Source of the DNA: an uncultured virus (IMG/VR IMGVR_UViG_3300020220_000032)
Lineage: Duplodnaviria > Heunggongvirae > Uroviricota > Caudoviricetes
DNA length: 64,000 bases
Virus record (IMG/VR): IMGVR_UViG_3300020220_000032
Location: 1-64,000 of that record
Direction: 5' to 3' (one strand)
Positions 28,785 to 39,343 of the stretch are shown here, piece after piece. Below the pieces are notes generated by a model. It did no database searches. It was not told the origin of the DNA and saw nothing but the letters and a program-made list of their open reading frames with translations. Each line of letters begins with the position of its first letter. The first letter of the stretch is position 1. The translations under genes were made by a program, and so were the position numbers.

Positions 28785-31700
28785 TTATACTCTACGACCA
28801 TAAGTATTATCTATTGCTACATTGTAAGTTTTTCTTACATCTATTTTACTTTGAATTTCCTCAACAGTCTTATCACCAATTTTTATTATAGTTGGTTGCG
28901 AAGTTATTGAAGACATTATTCCGATTAACTTTTCAAGTTTTTCAACAACAGGATCTTGACCACCCTTTCCTTCTTTACCAGCAGTAGCAGCTGAATTTGC
29001 CATTGGCGAGGATGACATTCCAGTTGCAGGTGATGCAGCACTTTGTGGAATCGATGTTGCCTGTACAGCAGCAGGTGTTGATTTTTCTCCACCACCGCCA
29101 CCAAACAGAGATGATATACCAGAAACAACACCACCTATTCCTGGCAATGATGTTGCCATTGAAGATATACTACCAACAATTGAACTTATGGTTTCTCCAA
29201 CTTTTTGTATAGGTTCAAGTAATGCACCTATCTTCGCATCAATTGATTGTAAAACTGCAAGTTGTGAGTCTGTGCCACCAGCGGCAGTGGTTGCACCACC
29301 CATCGAGTCCATTGCTGAACCAATCTGTTTAGTTGCACTTGCACTAGCAACTACTGAACCCTGTGGTAGAGATACAACTTCTGGTCCTTTTTCACCAACA
29401 AGTGTAGCACCACCCTTTGTTATTGTACCACCCGTTGCCGCCGCACCAATTTTCTTTTCACCTTCTGCACCCTTAGCGGCTTCATCTCCTCCGCCCGCAA
29501 ATGGATTTAGTGAATCTGGAAGAAAATCCAACATTCCTTTTGCCGCATCTTTTATCGTATCACCCAAACCGGAAAACATACCTGTAAATTTGTCAAACAG
29601 GTCTTGAACTAAATTAAATGGTGCCATTATGAAATCAAGAATTGCCTTACCTATTGTTTCTATTCCACCTTTGAAATCACCGGTAAACATTTTTATTATA
29701 CCGTCTATCAAACCTTTTGCTAAATCAAATGGTCTCATTATGAACTTCAAAATGGAACCACCTATGTCCATTATGAAACCACCAATTTTTTTGAAAACAT
29801 CTGTAATGTTATTGAAAAATCCATCAACTTGTTCAGTTAATTTTGTTCCAAAAACCGCATCAATTACAGTTGCAATACTGCCCCAAATTAGTTTAGGTAT
29901 TCCTAAAAATATGTTAATAACATTATCTATTATGGAATCTCCAATTTGCTTTAAGCCACCTTCAAAATCACCTGTGAACATTTTTATTATTCCACCAAAT
30001 AAATCTTTCAAAATGTTAAATGGTGCCATAATAAAATCAATTATTTTACCACCCACCCCAAAAATAATATTACCAACTGTTTCTTTTATCCACTTAAATA
30101 CTTCATCAAGTCCTGCAGTCAAATTTGTTCCGAATAATGCATCAATTACACCAGTAACCATTCCTAAAATTTTCTTCGGAACACCAAGAAAATATTCAAC
30201 CAATAAATTACCTGCGGATTGAGCTGCACCTTTGAAATCACCTGTAAATAATTTTACTACAAAACCAATACCTTCTGTTATTAGTGTTATTGGTTTTAAT
30301 ATGAATGATAATAGATATTTACCGATTGCATTGATTGCAGGTTGTAGTCTTTCAAACAATGCCTTAACACCATCCATAATTCCACCGAACTTACTACCAG
30401 TTTCAGTTGCACTCTGTAATGGAGTAAATGCCTTTGATATAGTTTCACTTATACCCTTAAAAACATCCCAAATAGGACTTATCACTGCCTTCCAAAATAG
30501 TTTAGCAGGAGTTATTAAGCTAGTTATTAAACCCTTACCTATTTCTATAACTGTTCCTTGAATAAAGTCCATAACTTTACCGATACCATCGAATATGGCA
30601 GACAATCCTGCACCTGACTTTTCACCTGTGTCCATTACTGAAAATACTTCTTGGATTGCATCTATTATAGGTTGTATCAAAGCAAAAACAAGTTTTAATG
30701 GAAACATAAATGACTTGAATATCAATTTACCAATACCAATCAATATAGTAAATACGGGTTTAATTGCACTCATAATACCATCAAATGTATCAATTAAACT
30801 AGATCCACCACTTTCGGCATCAAACATTGCATGAACCATATCAACAAGCGGTGTTATCAATTTTTCAGCAGATTGCTGGATTTTTTTCATTACATCGCCG
30901 AGTTTTTCTGCAAAAGTTGCAGAATCTTTTTCAGCAGCCAGTGCTAATAATTTATCAGCAGCACCTTTTTTTCCAAGAGCTAATTGTGCCTCAGCTTCTT
31001 TTCTCAATCCTTCTGCATTTTGTAGATGTTTTTGTTCAAGCATTTCAGAAGAAAGCCCAACATCTTTCAACTCTTGTGCCTTAGTAAGCATAGTAGTCAT
31101 TTCTTCAACAGACATACCCATGGCCTCTGCCATTGACTTTTGTTGAATACGATTCATTTCAGTAAATTCTTGTAATGATCCAGCTTCTTCCAACAACGTA
31201 TCTTGCAGTTTACCGATTTCACCACTTAATGCATATTCTCTAGCTTTATCCAAATTCAAATTTTTACCGGTTAATACTCTGGCTTCCATTTCTTTAGCAA
31301 GTGATGTTTCTATATCTAATAAACCATCACCAATTTCTTGAACTTTTTTCAAATCTGTTCCAAGTAATTTTGCCTTTTGAGCGGCTTTAACCAATGCATC
31401 GGATCCACCCTTAAATGCAACAGCAACTTCTTTTGGAACGGAAGCAAGTGCTTTCATTGCAGCTCTATCGGTCATAAGACCTTTGCCCATTTTAACAGTT
31501 GAATTTGTTAAATCACCAATAGATTTTCCAGTAATTGCAGACAATGTTTTTATATTATCAACCTCTTCTGCACTCATACCAAATTTTTCTGTTAATACTG
31601 CCGTATCTTGAACAAGTTGTTTCATTTTTTGACTAGCTGCACCAGTTCCTTTTGCAATAGAAGCAACATCTAATCCACCCATTGATTCACTAACAGTAGC

Positions 31701-33041
31701 CATTGATTTAGCAAGTTCGCCTGCATTTAATCCTGTTAGTTTCATTTCACCAGACATCTTTTTTGCAAGCTCATAGGTTTCTCTTGCTTCTTTTTTATTT
31801 CCGCCCATGGACTTTTGGACTTCTGAAACCTCTTTATCTACACCGGCAAATGCAGCAATTATCAACCCAACGGCAGCAAGAATACCAAATATAACAGCTT
31901 GAGGACCCGCCAATAGTGCCATGCCAAATTGTTTAGCAGCAAGACCTAATGCCTTAAACCCAGCAAGTCCGCCCGCTTGAAATCCAGTCATTACATTAGT
32001 AAGAGCTCCACCTAAATTTTTTGTTATATTTTCTTTGAATTTATCAAAACCTAGAGTTTTTATTAATGCACCGCCACCTGGTATTTTTTTAACAGAACCT
32101 TCAACCCCATCAAATACTTTATTGAAACCAGTTGAATCAACAAGTTCTTTCATTTCTTGTGTTTTTTTTATTATTTCTTGTTGTTTTGTGGCTTCTTTCT
32201 CATTGAGTGCATTGGATTCTTGTTTAGCAGAAATAATTGCATCCAATCCTTCTTTTTGTTTTTGATAAAATTTAACAGCTTCCATATCCCTTTTTGCTGT
32301 TGCATCCATTATGTCCATTTCAATGTTACGGATACCGATTTCTTCTCGTTTTGTATCTAACTGTTTATATGAACCCTTTACAGCTGCTTGAGTAGCGTCT
32401 GCCATGTCTTCTTGGACTTCGGACAACAAAACACTTGTCTGATAATCCAATTTTATGAATTTGAGGTTTTCTAATCTTTGTGATGCATTTTGTGTAGCGG
32501 CTTGTGCTAAAGCATCTTGACGTGATTGTAGTGTGTTGTTTATGTATTCTTCTAGTTTTATTTGTGCAGAAGAATTTTTAAGTAATTCTTTCCCCTTTGA
32601 TTCAACAGACTCTTTATTTTTTTGTATTTCTACTTCATATCTATTTAATTCTTTTTCAATGTTTAGAATTTCACTTTGTTGTATTTTTATTTTTTCGGCT
32701 TCTTTTTCAAGTTGTTTATTTGATTTGAGCATTTCTTGCGTTCTATCAAGTGAATCTTCTTGCAAATCAAGAATAGATTGACTTATTTCTTCTCTCTTTT
32801 CATCAGACTCTAAAACTTTTCCGTTAATATCTACTATTTCTTTTGTTATACCCCTTTTTTGTTTTTCTAAATCTAATAGCTGAAATTGAATTTGTGAAGC
32901 TTCTTTCAAATTAACAACATCTTCCGATGAAAGTATTTTTAATCTTTCTCGTAACGCGATGAGTTCTTTTGTAATTTCCGCCTCAATTTTTCGCAAATTG
33001 CTAATTTCTTCGGCGGTTTTTTTGTCTACTTTATCTGCCAT
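28785..33041 (-). CDS. Tail tape measure protein
   Basis: 1,418 aa; coiled-coil N-terminus, Ala/Gly-rich amphipathic repeats (KMFTGDFxG), AATGG...LVGEKGPEVV motif; follows the tail chaperone. Confidence 0.9.
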   Translation of the reverse strand: MADKVDKKTAEEISNLRKIEAEITKELIALRERLKILSSEDVVNLKEASQIQFQLLDLEKQKRGITKEIVDINGKVLESDEKREEISQSILDLQEDSLDRTQEMLKSNKQLEKEAEKIKIQQSEILNIEKELNRYEVEIQKNKESVESKGKELLKNSSAQIKLEEYINNTLQSRQDALAQAATQNASQRLENLKFIKLDYQTSVLLSEVQEDMADATQAAVKGSYKQLDTKREEIGIRNIEMDIMDATAKRDMEAVKFYQKQKEGLDAIISAKQESNALNEKEATKQQEIIKKTQEMKELVDSTGFNKVFDGVEGSVKKIPGGGALIKTLGFDKFKENITKNLGGALTNVMTGFQAGGLAGFKALGLAAKQFGMALLAGPQAVIFGILAAVGLIIAAFAGVDKEVSEVQKSMGGNKKEARETYELAKKMSGEMKLTGLNAGELAKSMATVSESMGGLDVASIAKGTGAASQKMKQLVQDTAVLTEKFGMSAEEVDNIKTLSAITGKSIGDLTNSTVKMGKGLMTDRAAMKALASVPKEVAVAFKGGSDALVKAAQKAKLLGTDLKKVQEIGDGLLDIETSLAKEMEARVLTGKNLNLDKAREYALSGEIGKLQDTLLEEAGSLQEFTEMNRIQQKSMAEAMGMSVEEMTTMLTKAQELKDVGLSSEMLEQKHLQNAEGLRKEAEAQLALGKKGAADKLLALAAEKDSATFAEKLGDVMKKIQQSAEKLITPLVDMVHAMFDAESGGSSLIDTFDGIMSAIKPVFTILIGIGKLIFKSFMFPLKLVFALIQPIIDAIQEVFSVMDTGEKSGAGLSAIFDGIGKVMDFIQGTVIEIGKGLITSLITPAKLFWKAVISPIWDVFKGISETISKAFTPLQSATETGSKFGGIMDGVKALFERLQPAINAIGKYLLSFILKPITLITEGIGFVVKLFTGDFKGAAQSAGNLLVEYFLGVPKKILGMVTGVIDALFGTNLTAGLDEVFKWIKETVGNIIFGVGGKIIDFIMAPFNILKDLFGGIIKMFTGDFEGGLKQIGDSIIDNVINIFLGIPKLIWGSIATVIDAVFGTKLTEQVDGFFNNITDVFKKIGGFIMDIGGSILKFIMRPFDLAKGLIDGIIKMFTGDFKGGIETIGKAILDFIMAPFNLVQDLFDKFTGMFSGLGDTIKDAAKGMLDFLPDSLNPFAGGGDEAAKGAEGEKKIGAAATGGTITKGGATLVGEKGPEVVSLPQGSVVASASATKQIGSAMDSMGGATTAAGGTDSQLAVLQSIDAKIGALLEPIQKVGETISSIVGSISSMATSLPGIGGVVSGISSLFGGGGGEKSTPAAVQATSIPQSAASPATGMSSSPMANSAATAGKEGKGGQDPVVEKLEKLIGIMSSITSQPTIIKIGDKTVEEIQSKIDVRKTYNVAIDNTYGRRV

Positions 33042-33065
33042 TTATTCAAAGAAAAATTAAAAAAA

Positions 33066-33095
33066 ATAGTTCGTATACATAAATATACGAACTAT
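33066..33095 (-). terminator. Intrinsic terminator hairpin with an embedded ATATTTAT motif
   Basis: Perfect 12-bp stem ATAGTTCGTATA/TATACGAACTAT plus A-tract at 33052-33066, directly after the stop of the frameshift ORF. Confidence 0.75.
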
Positions 33096-33097
33096 GA

Positions 33098-33322
33098 TTA
33101 TTTCGGACTAAATACCGGTCTATTGACTTTATTTGTAGATGGGTTTGTTTCTTTCATTTTATTATTTTGTTCTTCAACAAATTTTGTTATTTGTTGAATA
33201 TAAAATCTACGAAGATGAATAGGCATTTCATATACCTCATTCCAAGTAAACCCACCTTGACCGTGATAGCAAAGACTAAAAATTTCTTGATGTAAACCTA
33301 GTTTATACTCAATTCCCAGGCC
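33098..33322 (-). CDS. Frameshift extension of the tail assembly chaperone (G-T-like): GLGIEYKLGLHQEIFSLCYHGQGGFTWNEVYEMPIHLRRFYIQQ...FSPK
   Basis: 74 open codons in the +1 frame starting right after the T7 run at 33323-33329, ending TAA at 33098-33100. Confidence 0.75.
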   Translation of the reverse strand, partial: GLGIEYKLGLHQEIFSLCYHGQGGFTWNEVYEMPIHLRRFYIQQITKFVEEQNNKMKETNPSTNKVNRPVFSPK

Positions 33323-34175
33323 AAAAAAATGAAACTCCCATTGGGATGTCTAACTCCTTTACCTCACCAGTTACATCTGAAATAAATGTATATGTCAAAT
33401 CAAGGTCAGGTGATATTGATTTGATATATTGTCTTAATGCCCTCGAATCTGCCGCAAAAAGCTCGTTATCAACAAAATTATTTATATTTGCTCTTCCAGA
33501 ATCACCATCAACTGCAATAATGAGATGTTTGAGTCTTGTTGTTAATTCTTTATCAATTCCAGTTCTAGCAAAACTTTTATTCATCGATTTAATTTCAGAT
33601 TGAATTTCTTTTTCTAACCTATGAGTCATAAGACGGAATGTTACAACTCTTTTTGAATTTGGAAGTTCATAGTCAAATTCATTTTTTCGAGACTGAAATA
33701 AGCTATAATCGACCTCCTTGTGCTCGATTTCAGTTAAATCTATTGTTACTTTTTGTTTTGTTCCAGTAGAAAATGGATCTTCAACTTCAACTACATAATC
33801 TTTACCATAACCTAAAATCCTCGCAGCAACCATAATTGCATTTTTATCACCAACATATAAATCATTATAGTCTATTGATGTAACAATCAAAGACTCAAAC
33901 AACTTATCCAACACCACACCTTGTTTAATCAAGTTTTGTGATGTTAATATATCTTCTTCACGAGCAGTCATATATTTCATTTCAATCACACCATTAGATA
34001 ATGGATTCCCTTCGTGATACAATAAACCTCTTGAAGGCAAAGGTATAATTTCTGTTGGAAATTTTGATTTCTTTACTTCGGTTTGTTTGTGTTCTGAAAG
34101 AAGTTGTGCTTTAATATCTGCATCTGAAACTGTTTCTTCTGTGGGTAAATCATACCCAGTTGGAATTTTTGTCAT
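33309..34175 (-). CDS. Tail assembly chaperone / baseplate hub assembly protein (gp26-like)
   Basis: LPSRG, MTAREEDIL, GDKNAIMVAARILGYG; lies between tube and tape measure; ends FFWPGN. Confidence 0.75.
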   Translation of the reverse strand: MTKIPTGYDLPTEETVSDADIKAQLLSEHKQTEVKKSKFPTEIIPLPSRGLLYHEGNPLSNGVIEMKYMTAREEDILTSQNLIKQGVVLDKLFESLIVTSIDYNDLYVGDKNAIMVAARILGYGKDYVVEVEDPFSTGTKQKVTIDLTEIEHKEVDYSLFQSRKNEFDYELPNSKRVVTFRLMTHRLEKEIQSEIKSMNKSFARTGIDKELTTRLKHLIIAVDGDSGRANINNFVDNELFAADSRALRQYIKSISPDLDLTYTFISDVTGEVKELDIPMGVSFFWPGN

Positions 34176-34227
34176 AACTAATCCTATAACATTGTTTGTA
34201 ATAAAACATTCTAATTTACTAATATAA

Positions 34228-34262
34228 ATATGGGTATACCGAAAAAATCAGCATACCCGTAT
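34228..34262 (-). terminator. Hairpin, probable terminator after the tube gene
   Basis: ATATGGGTAT...ATACCCGTAT imperfect inverted repeat. Confidence 0.5.
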
Positions 34263-34299
34263 TTTTTATTTCATCATTAATATAATAATACAAATTGTA

Positions 34300-34788
34300 T
34301 TAGTATTGAAGGATAGCATAATCGTATGCAAGTGTGAGAGAAATCTCAACAAATGCATCAGAAGACCAATCCATATCACCGAATGTAGTTGCAGTAATGA
34401 AAGCACCTTTGAGTGTCCATTCTTCAACCTTATCACCAACAGGTCCAAGAACATGAAATGTTATGTCTTTCTTGTAAAAGTCAGAATAACCATCACGACC
34501 TGTTACTGATTCATGTGATAAACGAACCCACTCCATAACTGCCTGTGCCGCTGATGGAACAATTGGATCATAGAGTTTAATAGAAACATCTTGCCATTCA
34601 CCCTTACCTTTAACTTTTCTTTTAATGTTAATGTGATCCAATGTTATGGGATTAAAACTGATATTTGGGCGACCAGCACCTTTTATCAAATAAGCCGGAA
34701 CTCCCTCAATATACATAATAAAACGATTTTGTAATTTCGGCTCAAACGGAGTAAAAAACACTTCCGTGGGATCAAGTAATTCAGCCAT
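34300..34788 (-). CDS. Tail tube protein (gp19-like)
   Basis: FEPKLQNRF, WQDVSIKLYDPI, VMEW, YKKDI, EEWTLKGAF, LTLAYDYA; follows the sheath. Confidence 0.92.
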   Translation of the reverse strand: MAELLDPTEVFFTPFEPKLQNRFIMYIEGVPAYLIKGAGRPNISFNPITLDHINIKRKVKGKGEWQDVSIKLYDPIVPSAAQAVMEWVRLSHESVTGRDGYSDFYKKDITFHVLGPVGDKVEEWTLKGAFITATTFGDMDWSSDAFVEISLTLAYDYAILQY

Positions 34789-34879
34789 TTATATCTCCAA
34801 ATTAAAATTATTCTTTTAGATAAATATACACATTTCAAAAAATGTTGGGAAGAGTATTTCATCTCCCCATTTAATTCAA

Positions 34880-37318
34880 TTAAGCACCTGGAAATGCCGC
34901 ACCTGTTGATTGAATGTTGAAATCAAGAATGATAAATTCAGCAGTCTTTGCAGGTTGTAGATATAATTGTCCATAAAGAATGTTACGGTCAATAATATCC
35001 GGCGTATTGTTACTTTCATCCATGATAACACGGAAGGCATATAGACCTTGGCGTTGTTGGATTGATTCAAGATATGGGTTCACAATGTTCAAGAAACGAG
35101 TTCTTGTTTGTGATGTGTTTTGTTCAAACACAAGGTATCTTGTAGAAGAAGCAATAAACTTTTTAGAAGCAATCAAGAGTCTGCGAACATTGATACGGTC
35201 AAGTGCAGATGGGCGACCTTGAAGTGTTTTTTGTCCCCATACACAAACGCCTGTTGCAGGAAATACTGCAATAGGATTTATTCTTGCCTCGTATAATGTA
35301 TCTCTTTCAGCTTGTGTTAATCTGGTTTTAACTTCAACAACTTCTGTCAAACCACCGCGATTAAGACCAGCAGGCGCAAACCATTCAGCGGCAACACGGT
35401 CATTGAATGCAATAACGCCAGGAAGAACAACAGAAGGTGGAACCCAAATAGGTTTGTTTTTATCGAAGTCAATAATTTTAACCCAAGGATAATATGTAGC
35501 AGCATAATTTGTGTCAAGACCTTCTGAATTGGATGTTGCACTTGCAATATTATCATTTATTCCAATTGAATCCATTACATAGAAAGCATCACCACGATTT
35601 TCACACATATCAATACCATATGTTGTTATTGCAGAATGCAATGAGTGTAATACACCTGGCATAGCAATCAAGTTAATATCAAATTCGTCTGCATTAGAAA
35701 CGGCATCAATTGCCTTTTTGTAAGCAACATATCCGTCAGCAGATGAATTTGAAATGTCAAATCCTTGTGTGTTTCCAGCTTCAATATATGTTCCTGTTTT
35801 CTTTTGTATATTTGGCTTATTACCGTCAAATCCACCTTGGAATGGCAACATAAATTTACGAGAATCAAGAGCAGTATTTGTAGTTAAATCAATTGATGAA
35901 CTATAAGCAGTTGCACTTGATGGGAAACTTGCACCCGCATTTTGTTCATAATCGCCAAGGTAGAAGTCTTCATTAGATCCTGTTGTTTGATTATCAGAAA
36001 TAGGCAATGGTCTTAAATAGTTAAAGTTATCTGTATTTGAGAAATCATAATCGAATCCCCAGTAAACTCTTCTATTGTAAGCACCGCCAATTGTTTGGTC
36101 TGTTACATAAGATGCAGAAGGTGGTTGTGTAAATGCACTTGGTATTGGTGATATGAGAGCACGGAAACCAAATGGAACTAGGTTAGGTGAAACGCCACCA
36201 TTAGTTACTGCATCTGTTGTTTCAACACGAATATATTTTGATTTATTAGAATAGTCACCATTAACAACAACTTTACCTTCATCTGTGATTGTTATGTATC
36301 TATCACCGATAACTCTAGCAATATATTTTGGTGAATTTGAATCAAGATTACACTTAAATGTTTCAATAACAGAAGGACGAATATCCTCGTCTTCGTAATT
36401 GAATGGAGTTTGTGGTAATTTAGATTGATCAACATATCTAACAACAACATCAAAATCACCATATTCAGAACCAGCAATCGAACCAGCAGGACGAATGTTT
36501 GCAATACCAACCTTTATTTCATAGTTTGAATGAACACCATGAGAAAGAGTGTGGAATCGGAACAAGTCTGATGCACTTGCACCAACTTTTTGTGATGTCA
36601 CCCAAGGTGTAGATGCTTCTAAATAATCTTGCAAAAAGTCCCAAGGTGCACCACTTGATCCAGTTTCAATCAATACAGTTGTTAGGGGATCAGCAGCAAT
36701 AGATGCAGATGCCTGTTGTCTAAAATTAACATAATTGTAAACTGCATGTGTTCCATACGGGTTATACCCATATAAATCGCCGATATATGAAGTATTTTCA
36801 GGATTGATAGATGAACTAAAAGGCACACCATCTTCATTTGTTGCATTTGTAAAGAATGAAACATCTGTTGTAAAGTCACCAGCAACAGTTATTACAAAAC
36901 TACCACTTGCATTTGCAGTGATAGTGGAATCAGCAAACAATGATGTTGAGTCACCACTTGTAACAACAAATGTAGGATGTAAGAAAGAAATCAATTTCTT
37001 ACCCCATGATCCAGTTGCAACAAGTGCAATTGGATGTTTCAATGAATAACCGCCTGTGCCCATAACTCTAACTATGGTTGCACTACCTGCATTATTCAAA
37101 TAGTTTTTTGCTGTGTATGGAAGATATGATTGCTCAAATGTTCCACCAAATTTTGTTAAAAATTCTCCATATCCTTGAACTACGGTAGGGACAAATGCAG
37201 GTCCCTTGAGCGTTGGTCCTATAAGAGCAGCACCAATTTGACCAATCCCCTGTTGAAGGAATGATAGATCATTTTCATTAGTAAACACTCCAGGACTTAC
37301 AATTCTTTCATTAGCCAC
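34880..37318 (-). CDS. Tail sheath protein (gp18-like)
   Basis: VSPGVFTNE, GPAFVP, YYPWV, WFAPAGLNRG, LYEARINPI, WGQKTLQ, DRINVRRLL; GTG start with GGAG RBS. Confidence 0.96.
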   Translation of the reverse strand: MANERIVSPGVFTNENDLSFLQQGIGQIGAALIGPTLKGPAFVPTVVQGYGEFLTKFGGTFEQSYLPYTAKNYLNNAGSATIVRVMGTGGYSLKHPIALVATGSWGKKLISFLHPTFVVTSGDSTSLFADSTITANASGSFVITVAGDFTTDVSFFTNATNEDGVPFSSSINPENTSYIGDLYGYNPYGTHAVYNYVNFRQQASASIAADPLTTVLIETGSSGAPWDFLQDYLEASTPWVTSQKVGASASDLFRFHTLSHGVHSNYEIKVGIANIRPAGSIAGSEYGDFDVVVRYVDQSKLPQTPFNYEDEDIRPSVIETFKCNLDSNSPKYIARVIGDRYITITDEGKVVVNGDYSNKSKYIRVETTDAVTNGGVSPNLVPFGFRALISPIPSAFTQPPSASYVTDQTIGGAYNRRVYWGFDYDFSNTDNFNYLRPLPISDNQTTGSNEDFYLGDYEQNAGASFPSSATAYSSSIDLTTNTALDSRKFMLPFQGGFDGNKPNIQKKTGTYIEAGNTQGFDISNSSADGYVAYKKAIDAVSNADEFDINLIAMPGVLHSLHSAITTYGIDMCENRGDAFYVMDSIGINDNIASATSNSEGLDTNYAATYYPWVKIIDFDKNKPIWVPPSVVLPGVIAFNDRVAAEWFAPAGLNRGGLTEVVEVKTRLTQAERDTLYEARINPIAVFPATGVCVWGQKTLQGRPSALDRINVRRLLIASKKFIASSTRYLVFEQNTSQTRTRFLNIVNPYLESIQQRQGLYAFRVIMDESNNTPDIIDRNILYGQLYLQPAKTAEFIILDFNIQSTGAAFPGA

Positions 37319-37381
37319 TTATTATCTCCAAAAAAATTATAGAATTAAGTCTTCATATAAATATGAAGTAAAAAATCCAAA

Positions 37382-37681
37382 CTACGAACCAGACGGAATA
37401 AATTTACCGGAGTCTATATCTAAAATACCATCACCATATTTTTCATTTAAAGATTTAACAAGAGTTTGTTCTTCGTCTTGTAATGTAGTATATTCCGTGA
37501 ATAATTTTTCACGTAATTCTTTCATTTGATCCAATCTCTTTGTCAATAAATGTAACTCTATTTCAACTTGACCAATTTGTGCAGTTGTTCGAGCATATTG
37601 TGATTGTAAATTTTTAACCGCAACAACATCATCATCGGAAAAATTTTGTTCAGTTGTATTTGATGTAACTTCGTCTGCCAT
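37382..37681 (-). CDS. Small coiled-coil protein
   Basis: ORF track; GAGG RBS; ends KYGDGILDIDSGKF. Confidence 0.7.
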   Translation of the reverse strand: MADEVTSNTTEQNFSDDDVVAVKNLQSQYARTTAQIGQVEIELHLLTKRLDQMKELREKLFTEYTTLQDEEQTLVKSLNEKYGDGILDIDSGKFIPSGS

Positions 37682-37744
37682 AAAAACCTCTTAAATAAAA
37701 TATAAAATAACAAATATAAATATGTAAAAAAATATCAAAAACTA

Positions 37745-38815
37745 TTATGTTTCATCAAATTCAGTTGGGTAAACATCCGGAGATCTATTGATAGATACAT
37801 CGGTTAGTCTTTTTACCTTTTCTCTGTAATGTATTAATTCTTCATCTGTTTGTTTATTGAGTTTACCAAATCCTTTTTCATTTTTACCAATGCGAAGAAC
37901 ATTTCTTCTATCGGAATTTGAAATTCCAAATTCATCATTATTTTGAGAAAGTTCTGCGGATTCTCTAGCAAGAATAGAATTTATATCACTAAATGCCTCG
38001 GATGTAAAAACAATTTTATTGGCAGTAACCAATCTCTTTGTTGTTGTTTGAGCAGCAACATCTTTTGGTAATAAATAAGCATGAGCAGTAATCTGAAAAG
38101 AAGCACGGACAATTCTATCTTGACCTGTTGTATTACTATTCTCCATTCCAATACTATCCATATTTGTAGAAAATTTGAAAAAGTTTTTATCACCAAATGA
38201 TTGACCACTAAAATACACAAAATTTTCTACAATGTAATTCAATTGATTTTGATATTCACACCAAGCAATAAAATCGTATGAAATATCAACATAATCTGGC
38301 ATAGGAGTCATAAAGTATTCAGAGGGTTTTTTCTTTTCATATTGAGTGCTAAATCTATCGTATGGTGTTGTTGCATTATATTTTTGTCTCATATAATACG
38401 CAATCTGATTTACATTAGCAACTTTATTTCTACGCATTTCCGATTTAATGTTTACGCTTGAACGGCGAAAAGTAATCAATGGTGCAAGTGTTTTTCCCTT
38501 TTTATCTTTTAGGAAACCATCTCTTTGAATAGATGCCCATTTTTCAGAATTTGCATAAATGATTGGAACCGATATATTCTCACCACCATCTTCAACTTTT
38601 AATTGCATTTTTTGATCGATAAACGATTTTATTGCAAAATCAACATCATATAAAGTAATTCCAAGACTTCTTGTTTTATCTTTATCCCGTCTTACTTGTA
38701 AATCTCGCCTATAACCTAAATCAGTTCTTGGGTTTTGTATAGAATTTTTGTCATCTATAAAACTATCACTTGTTCTACGAAGTGGTGGTTTCCTATATTT
38801 GCTAGAATTATTCAT
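37745..38815 (-). CDS. Putative tail terminator / sheath stabiliser (gp15-like)
   Basis: VPIIYANSEKW, PLITFRR, PDYVDISYDF; lies between neck and sheath. Confidence 0.6.
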   Translation of the reverse strand: MNNSSKYRKPPLRRTSDSFIDDKNSIQNPRTDLGYRRDLQVRRDKDKTRSLGITLYDVDFAIKSFIDQKMQLKVEDGGENISVPIIYANSEKWASIQRDGFLKDKKGKTLAPLITFRRSSVNIKSEMRRNKVANVNQIAYYMRQKYNATTPYDRFSTQYEKKKPSEYFMTPMPDYVDISYDFIAWCEYQNQLNYIVENFVYFSGQSFGDKNFFKFSTNMDSIGMENSNTTGQDRIVRASFQITAHAYLLPKDVAAQTTTKRLVTANKIVFTSEAFSDINSILARESAELSQNNDEFGISNSDRRNVLRIGKNEKGFGKLNKQTDEELIHYREKVKRLTDVSINRSPDVYPTEFDET

Positions 38816-39339
38816 TATATGTTGCTCGGTATATCATTATTATCAATTGGAATTGCCGGTCTAAATTCTTCAATATGTATTCTTGAACGTCTTGTCAAGT
38901 GTGTATTTGCAATAATAGAAACATTATGACCCCATTTTTCAGTTGCAAAAGAATAATCTGGATTTTTTCCGCCGAAAAATTGATTTTCTTGAATTGAATC
39001 AACTTCCCAAAAATCACCATTATATTCTATGACATCACCAACTTCAATAAAAATATCAACCTCTTTCAAATACTCTCGTATAAATGCAAAGTTTGCCGCC
39101 TGTTGGTAGTCTTGTCCAAATTCAGTTCCTTCATATGTCTGTGCTTGATAATCTATCAATGACGGAACTTTGATAGGACTGTGATATACTTTTTTATCGG
39201 ATTCATTATACAAATTTGTTTTTGTATTTTCCAATGAAAGTTTGTAAACTGCAACCTCTGTATCAATTATATCATTGACCAATTCCATATTAAACTTGTG
39301 AACAAGTCCAGCATCTCTGGTTCCATGAAATAATGGCAT
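38815..39339 (-). CDS. Putative neck / head-closure protein (gp14-like)
   Basis: NLYNES, EVGDVIEYNGDFWEV; gene order. Confidence 0.6.
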   Translation of the reverse strand: MPLFHGTRDAGLVHKFNMELVNDIIDTEVAVYKLSLENTKTNLYNESDKKVYHSPIKVPSLIDYQAQTYEGTEFGQDYQQAANFAFIREYLKEVDIFIEVGDVIEYNGDFWEVDSIQENQFFGGKNPDYSFATEKWGHNVSIIANTHLTRRSRIHIEEFRPAIPIDNNDIPSNI

Positions 39340-39343
39340 TATT

